Positions 31,653 through 41,705 of a stretch of DNA of 64,000 nt are shown here, one piece after another (position 1 is the first letter of the stretch; the number at the start of each line of letters is the position of its first letter). Position numbers and translations under genes: made by a program. The stretch is from contig CBDCXR010000004.1 of NCBI GenBank assembly GCA_965223845.1, positions 2,400,001 to 2,464,000 of the forward strand, in the 5' to 3' direction. Source of the DNA: Planctomycetota bacterium (GTDB lineage: Bacteria; Planctomycetota; UBA8108; SXIK01). The notes below the pieces were generated by a model. The model worked only from the letters and a program-made list of their open reading frames with translations. It was not told the DNA's origin and ran no database searches.

Positions 31653-34600
31653 TCAGGAACAGCCGCCGAACTGGCACTCGAGGCTGTCGTTCGTCGGATC
31701 GAGACCGCACCGAAGGACCGGCTCGGCCGGTCGCAATCCACCGGCGAAGAGAAAATTGAGGATCCAGATCGCGTCGTTCACGCGGATCCCGCCGTCGTCG
31801 TCCGCATCGGCGGCTTTCGCGCAGGCGGGGTCGACTCCACCGGTGAAGAGGTGCTCGAGGATGGCGACGGCATCCGCGAGGTTCGCCGTCCCGCTCGCGT
31901 CGACGTCGCCTCTTCGAAAGCGCTCGAGAGGCGGCTCGAGCGCTTCCGCGCGCCCGAACTCAGCGACTCCTCCGGTAGCGACCGGTTCGAAATCCTCACC
32001 GAGATAGGCGAAAGCGGCGGCGGTGCCGGCGAGCTCGTCCGGCGCGGAGAGCTCCACCGCGTGGACGGGCGCCGGGACCCCCGGAAGGTCGAGCGGCGAC
32101 GCGAAGACGACCCAATAGCGGATGGAGGTGTTGTGCCGGAACGCCGAGTAGACGAGCCGCCAGTAGTCCGTCACGAACCGTCGCTGGCCCGCGACGCTGA
32201 ACTCGCCCCACTCGACGCTCGCGGGTCCCGTCTTGGCGGTGTTTTCGGGCGGCAGAAACCGTTCCTCGAGTGCGAGGCGCGCGCCGCCCTCGAGTAGAGC
32301 GCTCACCGTCCAGCGCGGCAGAGACGAGACGTCGCACGCCGCGAACGACGCGACGGCGATGTCGTCGATCCAGCCGACGACGAGCTCCTCTCCGGCCGGG
32401 GGAAGAAGAGTCGGGCCGTCGAGAATCACGGTGGGATCGATCGGCTCGGCGCCCCGACCGCGCAGCTCTCTCGGGAGCCTCAGCTCAACGCGGAGGATGT
32501 CCCCGCTCGCCGTCTCGAACTCCTCCTCGTAGCCGAACACGAAGCTCGCGTCGCTCCCGTCCCCCGGGATCCGCGTCACGCGAATCCTTCCCGGACCGAG
32601 AGAAGCAGCGAGTGCGCGCTCGGGGCCGAACCGAACTTCCTCGATGAGCCGCGCATCGAAGGTGTCCGCGGACGTCGGGAGATCGAACGTGCCGGCCGCC
32701 AGTCGAATCTGCCCCTTCCGCTCGTACTCTTCGCGCGGACCGCGCACGTCGCTCGCGAGTCGAAACGCGCCGCAGACGACCGTTTCCCTCGGAATTTCGA
32801 GGGCGAACGTCGGCGCGGGCGGAGCCGGAAGGACGTGGAGAAACGGGCGCACCTGCTTGAGCGCGATCGTTCCGTCCGCGACGATCTTGAACTCGAAGTC
32901 GAGCAGGACCCGCTCGCGCGGGTGCGCGCCGAGCTCGACGGGGAACGCCGCGTCGACGTGAGCCATCAGCGCACCGAGATCGCGGAGCTCGTCGTCGGAA
33001 AGCACCCAAGTCCCTGCGGGAACCAGCGACGACCCCCGCGCCGGCCTCACGATACGGGCGACGGTTCCGTCGCGCATCTCGAGGAGATCACGTTCGGCCA
33101 CGATTCCCGGGCGCGGGCTGACGACGCTCTCTTCGCCCACCTGAACCGTGACGACGTAGCGTCGATCGCGCGGATTCGCGGTGTTTCCGGTGAAGGCGAC
33201 TCCATTCGCTCGCTCGCCGTCGAACGCGATCGACACGAGAACGCCCATCGCGGCCTTCGCTTGATCGATGCCGAAAAACTCGCGCTCTTCGTACGCGCGG
33301 AACGTCCAGAGGCTCGTCCAGACGATCTTGAGTGCGTCGGCGATGTTTCGCTCGTCTCTCTCGGCGGCGTCACAAGCGGACGGCCCGTCCTCGTCCGGGT
33401 CGAGATCGTCGGCCGCGCACGCGCCCGTCGACTCGTAGAGTCCCGCACCGCTAAACTCGAGAAGGTCTTCGACGTTCGACGACGAACGGCAGCGCACTCC
33501 GAGCCGCGTCGAGCCGAATTCGTCCGCGACCTTGAGTGCGATTCGCGTCACGAGCCCACTCGACACCACGCCCCGTTCGCGCGCGTAGTCGCGGAAATAA
33601 GCCAGCCGGTCGAAGCGCTCGGACGGGTCCGTCGCGAAAGAATCGAGCGCCATCAGCTCGGAGAGATACTCTGCGTACGAGACGATACGCTCAGCATCGA
33701 GCGCCGATGGGATCTCGTTCGTGCGCATGAACTCGGAGTACTCGCGAACGGGCACCGCGAATCCGCGTGGCGCGAGATCTGCGTGAGGGCCTCCGGCGAG
33801 AGCCGAACGCAGCCGAGCGAGATTCGAGGCCTTACCGCCGTAGCGGCTCTCGGGGGAGACCTCGCCCGCCGCATCCAGGGCGGCGATCTCATCGAGCGTC
33901 GCGAGCGAGCTCGTCGTCTCGTCCGGAGCCGCGAAGTCAGGGACCTCCGGGCGCGTTTCACGCCAGAACTCTTCGGCCTCCTCGACCGTCGCGAGCCGAA
34001 CCTCGTAACCGTCGCCGTGAACTTCAAGTCGCACCAGCTCGCCGGAAAACGCCTCGAACGCTTCGTGGGCTTCGGCCACGAACGCGTTCGGGGTACCGCG
34101 GCGCGCCGTCCTCACCGCGACGTGGCTGAGCTGACCTTGCGGCTCGCCGGTAATCACGCCTCCGACGACTCCTTCGATGTCCTGGGGAGCGTGATCGAGA
34201 ACGATCAGATTCTGAAAGCTGATGATCCCGCGGTCGTTCGCCGTGGCGAACGCCTCCGCGTCGAGGATGCGAACGCGACCGTAGCCGACGGCTAAGGTGT
34301 AGGCCTCGTAGTCGGCGCCATCGGCCGACTGGGACGCGAAGATCGGAAAGGGCGGGTCATTCCAGCTTCGAGCTGCGGCGTCTTCAGCGGCGGTGAGGGG
34401 CAGGTATCCGAGCGGTCCTAGCCCGAAACGCTCCAAAAGAAGCGAATACACCCACTCGGCCTCGATCGCATTCGCCGGCTCGCTTCCCGCGAGGCTGAAC
34501 CCGTAGCCGACTTCGGTGCCGCCGTCGCCCGTCGGAACGCGGAGCCGGCTGATGCTGCCGGCGAAGTACGCTCGCGTGCCGCGTTCGAGAGCGAGCCGTG

Positions 34601-37091
34601 AGTACTCGAGTGCGGTGAGACCCGGAAAACGGTCGGGGAAGACGGCGGCGAGAAACTGCTGGTGGAGGGGAAACCGAACCGAGTTTTGAAAGACGGGCGG
34701 GAGCAGATCGGGGTCCTCCGTCGCGGGGACGACGAACTTGAGGACGCGCTCGATCTCGCCCGCGCGAGAAACGGCCGAGAGACGCGCGAAGTCACGTCCG
34801 GTACAGATGCGCTCGAGGTGCGTCGCGGGAAACGCCCGGCTCACCGACTGATTGAGCAAGTACGTCACCGTGAGCGAGCTGCGGTCGGCCGTCGCGACGT
34901 CGACATCGCCATCGGCGTCGAGGTCGACGACCTCGGCACCGAGGGGCTGCTGTCCCACGAAGTGTTCGTGTGGTGGAGAAAATGTCCCGTCGCCATTCCC
35001 GATGAACGTCCCGACGGAGCTGGATTCGCGGTTGTCGCTCAAAAAGTCGACTCGACCGTCCAGATTGAAGTCGCCGATCTCGATGGTGTACGTCGAAAAC
35101 TCGACGTCGATCACTTCCGGCGCAGAGAATCGACCTCCACCGGCGTTGAGCGACACGGTAACGCGCCGGTCGTTCGCCGTCGCGAGGTCCAGACGACCGT
35201 CGCCGTCGAAGTCACCGAATCCAACTCCGAGCACCGGGCCCGGGAGGGTGTGGGTCCTCACTTGAGGGAACTCCGCCGAGCCGTCGTTCTCGAGCAAATT
35301 CACCACAGCGAGCGCGAGATTCGCGACGGCGAGATCGAGATCGCCGTCGCCGTCGAAATCTCCCGCGTCGATCGTCACGGGCTCCCCGCCGAGAGGAACG
35401 AGACGTCGCGTATCGAGGATTCCGCTCCCGTCGTTGAGGAGAAGCGCGACTCCGCCGCCGCCCCGAAGCGTCGCGGCGACATCGATGTCGGAGTCTCCGT
35501 CCAAGTCGCCTATGGTCATCGTCCAGGGACGGACGCCAAGGGCGTACGGTCGAGAGAGAGTGAGCTGGCCGGACCCGTCGTTTTCGTACGCGAAGAGTCG
35601 ACCGCCGTCCTGGTCGAGGACGATCAGGTCGAGGTCACGGTCGCCATCGAGGTCCGGCGCCTCGACATCGTTGAAGTGACCGACATTCGCTTGGTTGTGC
35701 TCGTCTCGATCGGCGAACTCGCCGCCGCCGAGATTTCGAAACACGGTGAACGAGTCGAAATGACCGTTCGCGGTGATCACCTCCGGGAGCCCGTCGCCGG
35801 TGAGATCTCCGGCTCCGATGCCGTGGGGGCGGTCATCGACGAACAAGGACCGCGTCCGGAACGCAACCCGGGACAGCGACGGCTCTGCGTTCCACAGAAT
35901 CTCCGCGTGCTCGAGTCCGAGCGCGATCGCTGCGAGATCGACGTCACCGTCGCCGTCGAAGTCTCCCGGCGCGAGGACCGAGCGACGAAATCCGGAAACG
36001 AGCGGATCTCTTGGCGCGAATACGCCCGCGCCGAGGTTTCCGAGAACGACGACATCGTTCGCCTCGAAGTCGCCGTAGACGATGTCGAGCGCGCCGTCCT
36101 CGTCGATGTCGAACACGGCGAGAGACTCGGGGCGACACGGGTAAACGTCCGGCTCGCGGAACGAGCCATCGCCCGCGCTCAACCAGACGACGATCGCGTC
36201 GGCGCTTCCGAGCACGACATCCGCCGCCCCGTCCCCGCTCACGTCGACGAGCTCGATGGCAAACGGATTCGTCGTCTCCACGGCGAGCGAGTCGCGCGCG
36301 ACGAGCCGCGCCGCGCCGGCGCTCTCGGGCCCGGCGTTCTCGAAGATGGAAACATCGCCCGATCGTCGATTCGCGGTCGCGAGATCGAGATCGCCATCGC
36401 GATCGAAATCTCCGGCGGCAACCGCCTGGGGCGAGTCGCCTGCACTCCAGCTGAGCGGCGCGCCGAACTCACCGGCTTCGGTTTGCTCGGCGACCAGAAC
36501 TGCGTCGCTCGAGGTCGAGGTCGCGAGAAGATCGACGCGGCCGTCTCCGCTGACATCCGCCGCGGCCACGAAACGGGTGCCGTTCGGGACGACGACTTCG
36601 ACCGGCCGAGAGAATCGGCGGCCGCCCTCGTTGTACGAGATCTGGAGTCGGTCGGAGACCGCGGTGGCGAGATCAACGTCCCCGTCGCCATCGAGATCGA
36701 CGGCGACGGCGGCCCGCGGCGATCCGGGGACGGCGACGATCGTGCCCGGTTCGAACGCCTGACCTGCGCTGAAGAAGACCGCGATTCGACCGGCACGCTC
36801 GACCGTCGCGAAATCGTCGAGACCGTCTCCGTCAAAATCCGCGGCGACGATGTCTCGCGGTGATTCGGCGAGCGCGATCGAATCCGTCCCGAGCGCGATC
36901 TCGAGCGGTGCCCGCTCACATTCGTCGGGGACGCCGTCTGCGTTACAGTCGACGGAGGCTCCCGCAGCGATGTCGTCGAGGTCCTCGCGGCCGTTACGAT
37001 TGCAGTCGAGGGCTCGCGCGCTGCTCGCGGAGACGAGCGCGAGCAGGATGAGGCCGGTGAATCGCCGCGTCGAAACTCGTCGCCAGCGCAA
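31653..37091 (-). CDS. Secreted FG-GAP/VCBS repeat protein with phosphohistidine and PEP/pyruvate-binding (ATP-grasp dikinase) domains and a C-terminal dockerin-like domain
   Basis: Signal peptide, DCN..G..D repeats and many D(F/L)DGDGDxD repeats; LSHVAV; YGGKASNL, RSSSNVED..SGAGLYES, DFEFK and LKQVRP; FRRGDVDASG..ADADDDG. Confidence 0.85.
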   Translation of the reverse strand: MRWRRVSTRRFTGLILLALVSASSARALDCNRNGREDLDDIAAGASVDCNADGVPDECERAPLEIALGTDSIALAESPRDIVAADFDGDGLDDFATVERAGRIAVFFSAGQAFEPGTIVAVPGSPRAAVAVDLDGDGDVDLATAVSDRLQISYNEGGRRFSRPVEVVVPNGTRFVAAADVSGDGRVDLLATSTSSDAVLVAEQTEAGEFGAPLSWSAGDSPQAVAAGDFDRDGDLDLATANRRSGDVSIFENAGPESAGAARLVARDSLAVETTNPFAIELVDVSGDGAADVVLGSADAIVVWLSAGDGSFREPDVYPCRPESLAVFDIDEDGALDIVYGDFEANDVVVLGNLGAGVFAPRDPLVSGFRRSVLAPGDFDGDGDVDLAAIALGLEHAEILWNAEPSLSRVAFRTRSLFVDDRPHGIGAGDLTGDGLPEVITANGHFDSFTVFRNLGGGEFADRDEHNQANVGHFNDVEAPDLDGDRDLDLIVLDQDGGRLFAYENDGSGQLTLSRPYALGVRPWTMTIGDLDGDSDIDVAATLRGGGGVALLLNDGSGILDTRRLVPLGGEPVTIDAGDFDGDGDLDLAVANLALAVVNLLENDGSAEFPQVRTHTLPGPVLGVGFGDFDGDGRLDLATANDRRVTVSLNAGGGRFSAPEVIDVEFSTYTIEIGDFNLDGRVDFLSDNRESSSVGTFIGNGDGTFSPPHEHFVGQQPLGAEVVDLDADGDVDVATADRSSLTVTYLLNQSVSRAFPATHLERICTGRDFARLSAVSRAGEIERVLKFVVPATEDPDLLPPVFQNSVRFPLHQQFLAAVFPDRFPGLTALEYSRLALERGTRAYFAGSISRLRVPTGDGGTEVGYGFSLAGSEPANAIEAEWVYSLLLERFGLGPLGYLPLTAAEDAAARSWNDPPFPIFASQSADGADYEAYTLAVGYGRVRILDAEAFATANDRGIISFQNLIVLDHAPQDIEGVVGGVITGEPQGQLSHVAVRTARRGTPNAFVAEAHEAFEAFSGELVRLEVHGDGYEVRLATVEEAEEFWRETRPEVPDFAAPDETTSSLATLDEIAALDAAGEVSPESRYGGKASNLARLRSALAGGPHADLAPRGFAVPVREYSEFMRTNEIPSALDAERIVSYAEYLSELMALDSFATDPSERFDRLAYFRDYARERGVVSSGLVTRIALKVADEFGSTRLGVRCRSSSNVEDLLEFSGAGLYESTGACAADDLDPDEDGPSACDAAERDERNIADALKIVWTSLWTFRAYEEREFFGIDQAKAAMGVLVSIAFDGERANGVAFTGNTANPRDRRYVVTVQVGEESVVSPRPGIVAERDLLEMRDGTVARIVRPARGSSLVPAGTWVLSDDELRDLGALMAHVDAAFPVELGAHPRERVLLDFEFKIVADGTIALKQVRPFLHVLPAPPAPTFALEIPRETVVCGAFRLASDVRGPREEYERKGQIRLAAGTFDLPTSADTFDARLIEEVRFGPERALAASLGPGRIRVTRIPGDGSDASFVFGYEEEFETASGDILRVELRLPRELRGRGAEPIDPTVILDGPTLLPPAGEELVVGWIDDIAVASFAACDVSSLPRWTVSALLEGGARLALEERFLPPENTAKTGPASVEWGEFSVAGQRRFVTDYWRLVYSAFRHNTSIRYWVVFASPLDLPGVPAPVHAVELSAPDELAGTAAAFAYLGEDFEPVATGGVAEFGRAEALEPPLERFRRGDVDASGTANLADAVAILEHLFTGGVDPACAKAADADDDGGIRVNDAIWILNFLFAGGLRPAEPVLRCGLDPTNDSLECQFGGCS

Positions 37092-37157
37092 GAGCCTTAC
37101 CCCCTCTCTGCAGAGATTCTCGCGTGCCGAAGGCGCTCGAGCGTCGCGAGGTTCATC

Positions 37158-38627
37158 CTACCGCTGCGCGGCGCCAGCTCGGGCGCCCCCGAGACCAGCA
37201 CGCTTCTTCGAAGATCCACGCTTCACCTTCTCGCGGGGCGAGTTCTCCGCGTCCCGTGCGGGCAGCCAGCGCCCCAAGCGCGCCTTCACCAGGGCGAGAT
37301 CCTCCCTCTCGGCGACGTTCCGCCACTCACCCGGGTCGCCGTCGTGATCGTAGAGTTCTTCCGAGCCGTCGGCGTAACGAATGTACCGCCACCGCTCCGA
37401 TCGAACCGCATGGTTCCCGCGACCGTGAGTCGTCACGACGGGCCGATCCCACTTCGCTTCGACGTTTCGAAGAAGCGGAACCAGGCTCCGCCCTTCGAGC
37501 TCGACGAGCGGGGCGATGCCCGCGAGGTCGAGGAGCGTCGGATAGAGATCGAGCAAGCTCACCGTTCGAGCGCAGCGCGTTCCGGCCGTCGTCACGCCGG
37601 GTGCAGCCACGATGAGCGGAACCCGAGTCGCCTCTTCCCACAGCGCGAATTTGCGCCAGTGCTCTTTTTCGCCGAGGTGCCAGCCGTGATCGCCCCAAAG
37701 AACGATGATCGTGTTCTTTCCGTACTCACTCGCGTCGAGCGCAGCGAGGAGTCGCCCCACCATGGCGTCGGCGAATGCGACGCTCGCCAGGTATCCCGAG
37801 ACCGCGCGGCGCCAGTTGTTCGTCTGCGTGACGCGCCGATGGTCTCCTCGGGGTCTCGCCATCTTCCGCCCGGCGGCAGGGACGTCCTCGAGGTCGTCTT
37901 CGGGGACGCGCGGCAGGGTGACCGTCTCCGGCGGGTGGGCGGCGAAGTACTTCTCGGGAACGTACCACGGAAGGTGCGGGCGGTAGAGTCCAACCGCGAG
38001 AAAGAACGGTGCGTCGTGCTTCTTCCGGAGGAACGTCTCCGCCCAGTCCACGACCTTCGCATCCCCCATCGCGCCGTCGGAAACCGCGACCGGCCCCCAG
38101 TCGAAGTGCGCGGCGTTCTTGATGCCGTTGAGCGGTCGACCTGACGGGACGGGATCTCTCGGGCGGGGAAAGCGCGCGGACCACGATTCTGCGTGGGGGT
38201 AGGCGCCGTGGTAGATCTTCCCGCCGCTTTCGGCGACGTATCCCGCCTTTGCGAAGTGCTGAGGGAGCGTGAGGGCAGAGCGAAGTCGCGGCGATTGACG
38301 CCATGGCTGATTGTTGTGGTAGACACCCGAGGTGGAGGGACGGACTCCCGTCATGAGGCTCGCGCGCGAGGGATTGCACGCGGGCGCGCTGCAGTACGCC
38401 CGTGTGAAAAGGACGCCGCGGGCAGCGAGACGGTCGATGTTCGGCGTCCGGCACTGAGGATGGCCGCCGAGACTGCTCACCCAGTCGTTCAGGTCGTCGA
38501 CCGCGATGAAGAGGACGTTCTTCGGCCGTTCGGAATCGTCTCCGGCGTCCGCGCGCGCCTCGGTGACAATTCCGGTCGAAGAGACGATCACCGCGGCGAC
38601 GATCGCAAGGAACTCGAAATTCGGCAC
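37158..38627 (-). CDS. Secreted sulfatase (iduronate-2-sulfatase-like)
   Basis: NVLFIAVDDL, formylglycine motif CNPSRASLMTG and WGDHGWHLGEK. Start uncertain (GTG 38627 with RBS, or ATG 38678). Confidence 0.92.
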   Translation of the reverse strand: MPNFEFLAIVAAVIVSSTGIVTEARADAGDDSERPKNVLFIAVDDLNDWVSSLGGHPQCRTPNIDRLAARGVLFTRAYCSAPACNPSRASLMTGVRPSTSGVYHNNQPWRQSPRLRSALTLPQHFAKAGYVAESGGKIYHGAYPHAESWSARFPRPRDPVPSGRPLNGIKNAAHFDWGPVAVSDGAMGDAKVVDWAETFLRKKHDAPFFLAVGLYRPHLPWYVPEKYFAAHPPETVTLPRVPEDDLEDVPAAGRKMARPRGDHRRVTQTNNWRRAVSGYLASVAFADAMVGRLLAALDASEYGKNTIIVLWGDHGWHLGEKEHWRKFALWEEATRVPLIVAAPGVTTAGTRCARTVSLLDLYPTLLDLAGIAPLVELEGRSLVPLLRNVEAKWDRPVVTTHGRGNHAVRSERWRYIRYADGSEELYDHDGDPGEWRNVAEREDLALVKARLGRWLPARDAENSPREKVKRGSSKKRAGLGGARAGAAQR

Positions 38628-38796
38628 GAAGACGCTCCGTTCGGGATCCAAAGGGGTTTCACCAACGTCGGCGGCCATCCTGCGCCGAAGCGGCGGGACG
38701 AACTCGGCCTTCGCTCCGGTCGAACCGTCCGAGTACACTGCCGGCAACGAGGTCTTCCGCTTGCTCTAGCCCCCATTCTCTCGAGGAGTCCACTTC

Positions 38797-40059
38797 GTGT
38801 CGATTGCGAACTCACTTTTGCGACCACCTCTCGTCGCCGCTCTCGTTCTTTTCGTCGTGCCCGCCCTCAGCGCCGGCGACTGGCCCCAGTTCCGCGGCCC
38901 CGGCGGCCTCGGCGCATCGAACGTCAAAGGCATCCCCACGAAATGGAGCCCGACCGAGAACGTCGCCTGGAAAACTCCGCTGCCCGGCCAAGGTGCATCG
39001 AGCCCGATCGCGCTCGGTGAGAGGCTCTACCTTACGTGCTACAGCGGCTACGGCAGCTATCCGGCGAACTTCGGAGAGATGGAGGCCCTCACGCTCCACG
39101 TCGTCTGCGTCGACGCGAAGAACGGCAGGATCGTCTGGGAGAAAAAGCTGAAGCCGGCGCTCCCCGAATCGAAGCGCGTTCGCGATCACGGCTACGCCGC
39201 TCCGACGCCGGCCACGGACGGCGAACACCTCTACGTGTTCTTCGGAAAGAGCGGAGTCTACAAGTTCGACCTCAACGGTAACGAGAAGTGGCGGGCAGGC
39301 GTCGGCTCGAAGACCCACGGCTGGGGCTGCGGCACGTCGCCCGTCCTCTTCGATGATCTCGTCATCGTCAACGCGAGCGTCGAGAGCGGGTCTCTCGTCG
39401 CGATCCACAAGAAGACGGGAAAGGAGGCCTGGAGCCGCGGCGGCATGAGATCGTCGTGGAACACGCCCCACCTCGTGCGGCTCGCGAACGGGAAGACCGA
39501 GCTCGTCGTGAGCGTGAAAGACAAGATTCTCGCGTTCGATCCCAAGTCGGGCGACCCGCTCTGGGAGTGCGATGGAATCGAGGACTACGTCTGTCCGAGC
39601 ATCATCTCGCACGAGGGTGTCGTCTACGCCGTCGGCGGCCGTTCGTCGCGCGCGATCGCCGTGCGGGCAGGCGGTCGCGGCGACGTGACGGACAGCCACC
39701 TACTCTGGAACGCGGGGGCCGGCGCGAACGTGTCGTCGCCGGTGATCCACGAAGGTCACCTCTACGGTGTGAGCGATCGCAATCGGACGGCGTACTGCAT
39801 CGATCTCAAGACGGGCGATGTGGTCTTCAAGGAACGCTTCCCGGGGCAACCGTACGCCTCGGCGCTCCTCGTCGACGGAAAGGTCTACGTGGTGACGCGC
39901 CACAGCGGAACCTTCGTTCTACCGGCGAAGCCGAAGCACGAGATCCTCAGCCAGAACGATCTCGATGACGGGAGCACCTTCAACGCGTCGCCGATCGTCG
40001 CCCACGGGCGACTGTACCTTCGGAGCGACAAGTTCCTCTACGCGATCGGAGGGAAGTAG
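38797..40059 (+). CDS. PQQ-binding-like beta-propeller repeat protein
   Basis: Signal peptide, DWPQFRGP, GASSPI and repeated SPV/SPI blades. Confidence 0.9.
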   Translation: MSIANSLLRPPLVAALVLFVVPALSAGDWPQFRGPGGLGASNVKGIPTKWSPTENVAWKTPLPGQGASSPIALGERLYLTCYSGYGSYPANFGEMEALTLHVVCVDAKNGRIVWEKKLKPALPESKRVRDHGYAAPTPATDGEHLYVFFGKSGVYKFDLNGNEKWRAGVGSKTHGWGCGTSPVLFDDLVIVNASVESGSLVAIHKKTGKEAWSRGGMRSSWNTPHLVRLANGKTELVVSVKDKILAFDPKSGDPLWECDGIEDYVCPSIISHEGVVYAVGGRSSRAIAVRAGGRGDVTDSHLLWNAGAGANVSSPVIHEGHLYGVSDRNRTAYCIDLKTGDVVFKERFPGQPYASALLVDGKVYVVTRHSGTFVLPAKPKHEILSQNDLDDGSTFNASPIVAHGRLYLRSDKFLYAIGGK

Positions 40060-40200
40060 GGCGCCTTCCGCCACCTCGCGACGGTAGTCCGCGGTCTACG
40101 GACAGGGTCTAAACCCTCATTCCGCAGCGCCTTAAAGCCGAGGAGCGAGCGCCCTCCGCGCGGGCCAAGTTGGAGGCGATGGCGATCTCGAACAAAATAC

Positions 40201-40229
40201 TTGACCGTACGGTCAAATAACCGTATCCT
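40201..40229 (+). promoter_or_regulatory. sigma70 promoter of the TetR gene with a palindromic operator over the -35
   Basis: Perfect palindrome TTGACCGTACGGTCAA (40201-40216); TTGACC-N17-TATCCT. Confidence 0.75.
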
Positions 40230-40293
40230 TCCATAGTCAGCCGCTGCCCGGGCCTCCGGACCCAGCGGCGAAGCCGACCCAAGGAGCCTCACC

Positions 40294-40881
40294 GTGCCGC
40301 GCCACCGCGAATTCGACCTCGACGCCGCCCTCGACACCGCCATGGAGGAATTCTGGCGCTGTGGATACGAGGCGACGTCTCTCAGCGATCTGCTCGCGGC
40401 CATCGGCATCCACAAGGGAAGCCTGTATCAGGCTTTCGGCGACAAGCACTCGCTGTACGTCGCGGCGCTCGAGCGTTACCTAGCGCGGGCTCGAGCGGAG
40501 CTGAGCGATCGGCTGGAGCACGCCGAGACGGCGCGCGAAGGCTTGATCCTCTGGCTCCGGTCGGCCGCCGAGCGGTGCGCCTGCACCAACGCGAGGATGG
40601 GTTGTTTCGGCGTGAACGCGATCGTCGAGCTCGCCCCGCACGACGAGACCGTGCGGGAGATCGTCGCTCGGCATATCGCCTCGATCGAACGGATCGTCCA
40701 AGGGGCGATCTCGCGCGGGCGACGCAGCGGCGAAATCCGCTCGAACGCGCCGTCCCCCCGGCTCGCGAAGGTTCTCGTGAGCAGTGTCTTCGGCCTCTAC
40801 GTGCGCGCAAAGGCAGCGCCGTACAAAGCGCGCGAGGTCGAAGAGATCGTCGCCACAGTGTCAAAGGTTCTCGATGGCTGA
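40294..40881 (+). CDS. TetR/AcrR family regulator (NemR/ComR-like)
   Basis: GYEATSLSDLL..IGIHKGSLYQAFGDK HTH and C-terminal GCF..N. Confidence 0.92.
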   Translation: MPRHREFDLDAALDTAMEEFWRCGYEATSLSDLLAAIGIHKGSLYQAFGDKHSLYVAALERYLARARAELSDRLEHAETAREGLILWLRSAAERCACTNARMGCFGVNAIVELAPHDETVREIVARHIASIERIVQGAISRGRRSGEIRSNAPSPRLAKVLVSSVFGLYVRAKAAPYKAREVEEIVATVSKVLDG

Positions 40882-40916
40882 GGCAAGAACGGACGGATTT
40901 TTTATTTGGCACAAAA

Positions 40917-40932
40917 ATGACCGATCGGTCAT
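40917..40932. promoter_or_regulatory. Second TetR-type operator, upstream of thioredoxin
   Basis: Perfect palindrome ATGACCGATCGGTCAT sharing TGACCG-NN-CGGTCA with 40201-40216. Confidence 0.75.
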
Positions 40933-41054
40933 CTATTTTACCCCACGAACCTCTCGGTTCGGCACTCCCGAAAGGACCTGACATGAAGCTCGCGAATTGT
41001 TGCTGAGACAGCTCTCCGGAAGAACAACTCCCCCGAATCGAAAGGAATCATTCG

Positions 41055-41405
41055 ATGAACTCGAACACCCGAAAGTTCACCCAGCGGAATTTCCAGTCCG
41101 AAGTCCTCGACCGAGGCGGCGTCGTTCTCGTCGACGCCTACGCCGACTGGTGCGGTCCCTGCCGCGCGCTCGCGCCGGTCATCGATGAGCTCGCAGACGA
41201 GTTCGCGGGCCGTGCCGAGGTCGGAAAGCTCGACGTAGACGAAGCACCGGAAACGGCGGCGACCTACGGGATCGCGTCGATCCCGACGGTGCTCGTATTC
41301 TCCGGCGGCGAGCTCGTGACACAGCTCACCGGACTCCGGCCGAAGTCGGAGTACGCCGCGGCGGTCGAAAGCGCCGAGGCGGCGCTCGCCCGGCGTGCTT
41401 CGTGA
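41055..41405 (+). CDS. trxA: Thioredoxin
   Basis: WCGPC active site, SIPT cis-Pro motif and an AAAGGA RBS. Confidence 0.92.
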   Translation: MNSNTRKFTQRNFQSEVLDRGGVVLVDAYADWCGPCRALAPVIDELADEFAGRAEVGKLDVDEAPETAATYGIASIPTVLVFSGGELVTQLTGLRPKSEYAAAVESAEAALARRAS

Positions 41406-41422
41406 TGACGAACTCCGTTCAC

Positions 41423-41612
41423 TGACCCGAGTTTCTCACCAGATTCGGTGAGCGCAGCGGCGAGCCACCGTAGGTCGCGAACTGAGCATCGAATGTGTCG
41501 CCACCCTGACCCTCACTGTGCCAAAAGCACACGTCCGATCAGTGCGGCGCCACCTCCTTGTCAGTTCAAGACCTACGGTGGCGCAGTAGAATCTGGTGAG
41601 AAATCCGGGCTA
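41423..41612. mobile_element. MITE-like palindromic element, copy 1
   Basis: Imperfect terminal inverted repeats (TGACCCGAGTTTCTCACCAGAT / ATCTGGTGAGAAATCCGGGCTA), an inner inverted repeat and homology to 46862-47043. Confidence 0.75.
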
Positions 41613-41616
41613 ATCC

Positions 41617-41674
41617 AAAAAAGGAAGCGGCGGCTCGCCGGTGGCCTCTTCGGCCGGACCGGCGAGCCGCCGCT
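41617..41674 (-). terminator. Probable intrinsic terminator of the 41706-43406 gene
   Basis: Stem AGCGGCGGCTCGCCGGT / ACCGGCGAGCCGCCGCT followed by a T-run on the minus strand. Confidence 0.65.
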
Positions 41675-41705
41675 CATCGAGCGAACGGGGTTCCGCAGTC
41701 GGCCC

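Noticed and set aside
34900-36850. Recurring GTCGCCGTCGAAGTC-like repeats suggesting an array
   Set aside because: They encode FG-GAP DxDGDGD protein repeats. They are degenerate and irregularly spaced, with no cas genes, so this is not CRISPR.
40906-40922. TTGGCAC sigma54 -24-like box upstream of trx
   Set aside because: It lacks the GC at -12 and the region is explained by the TetR operator.
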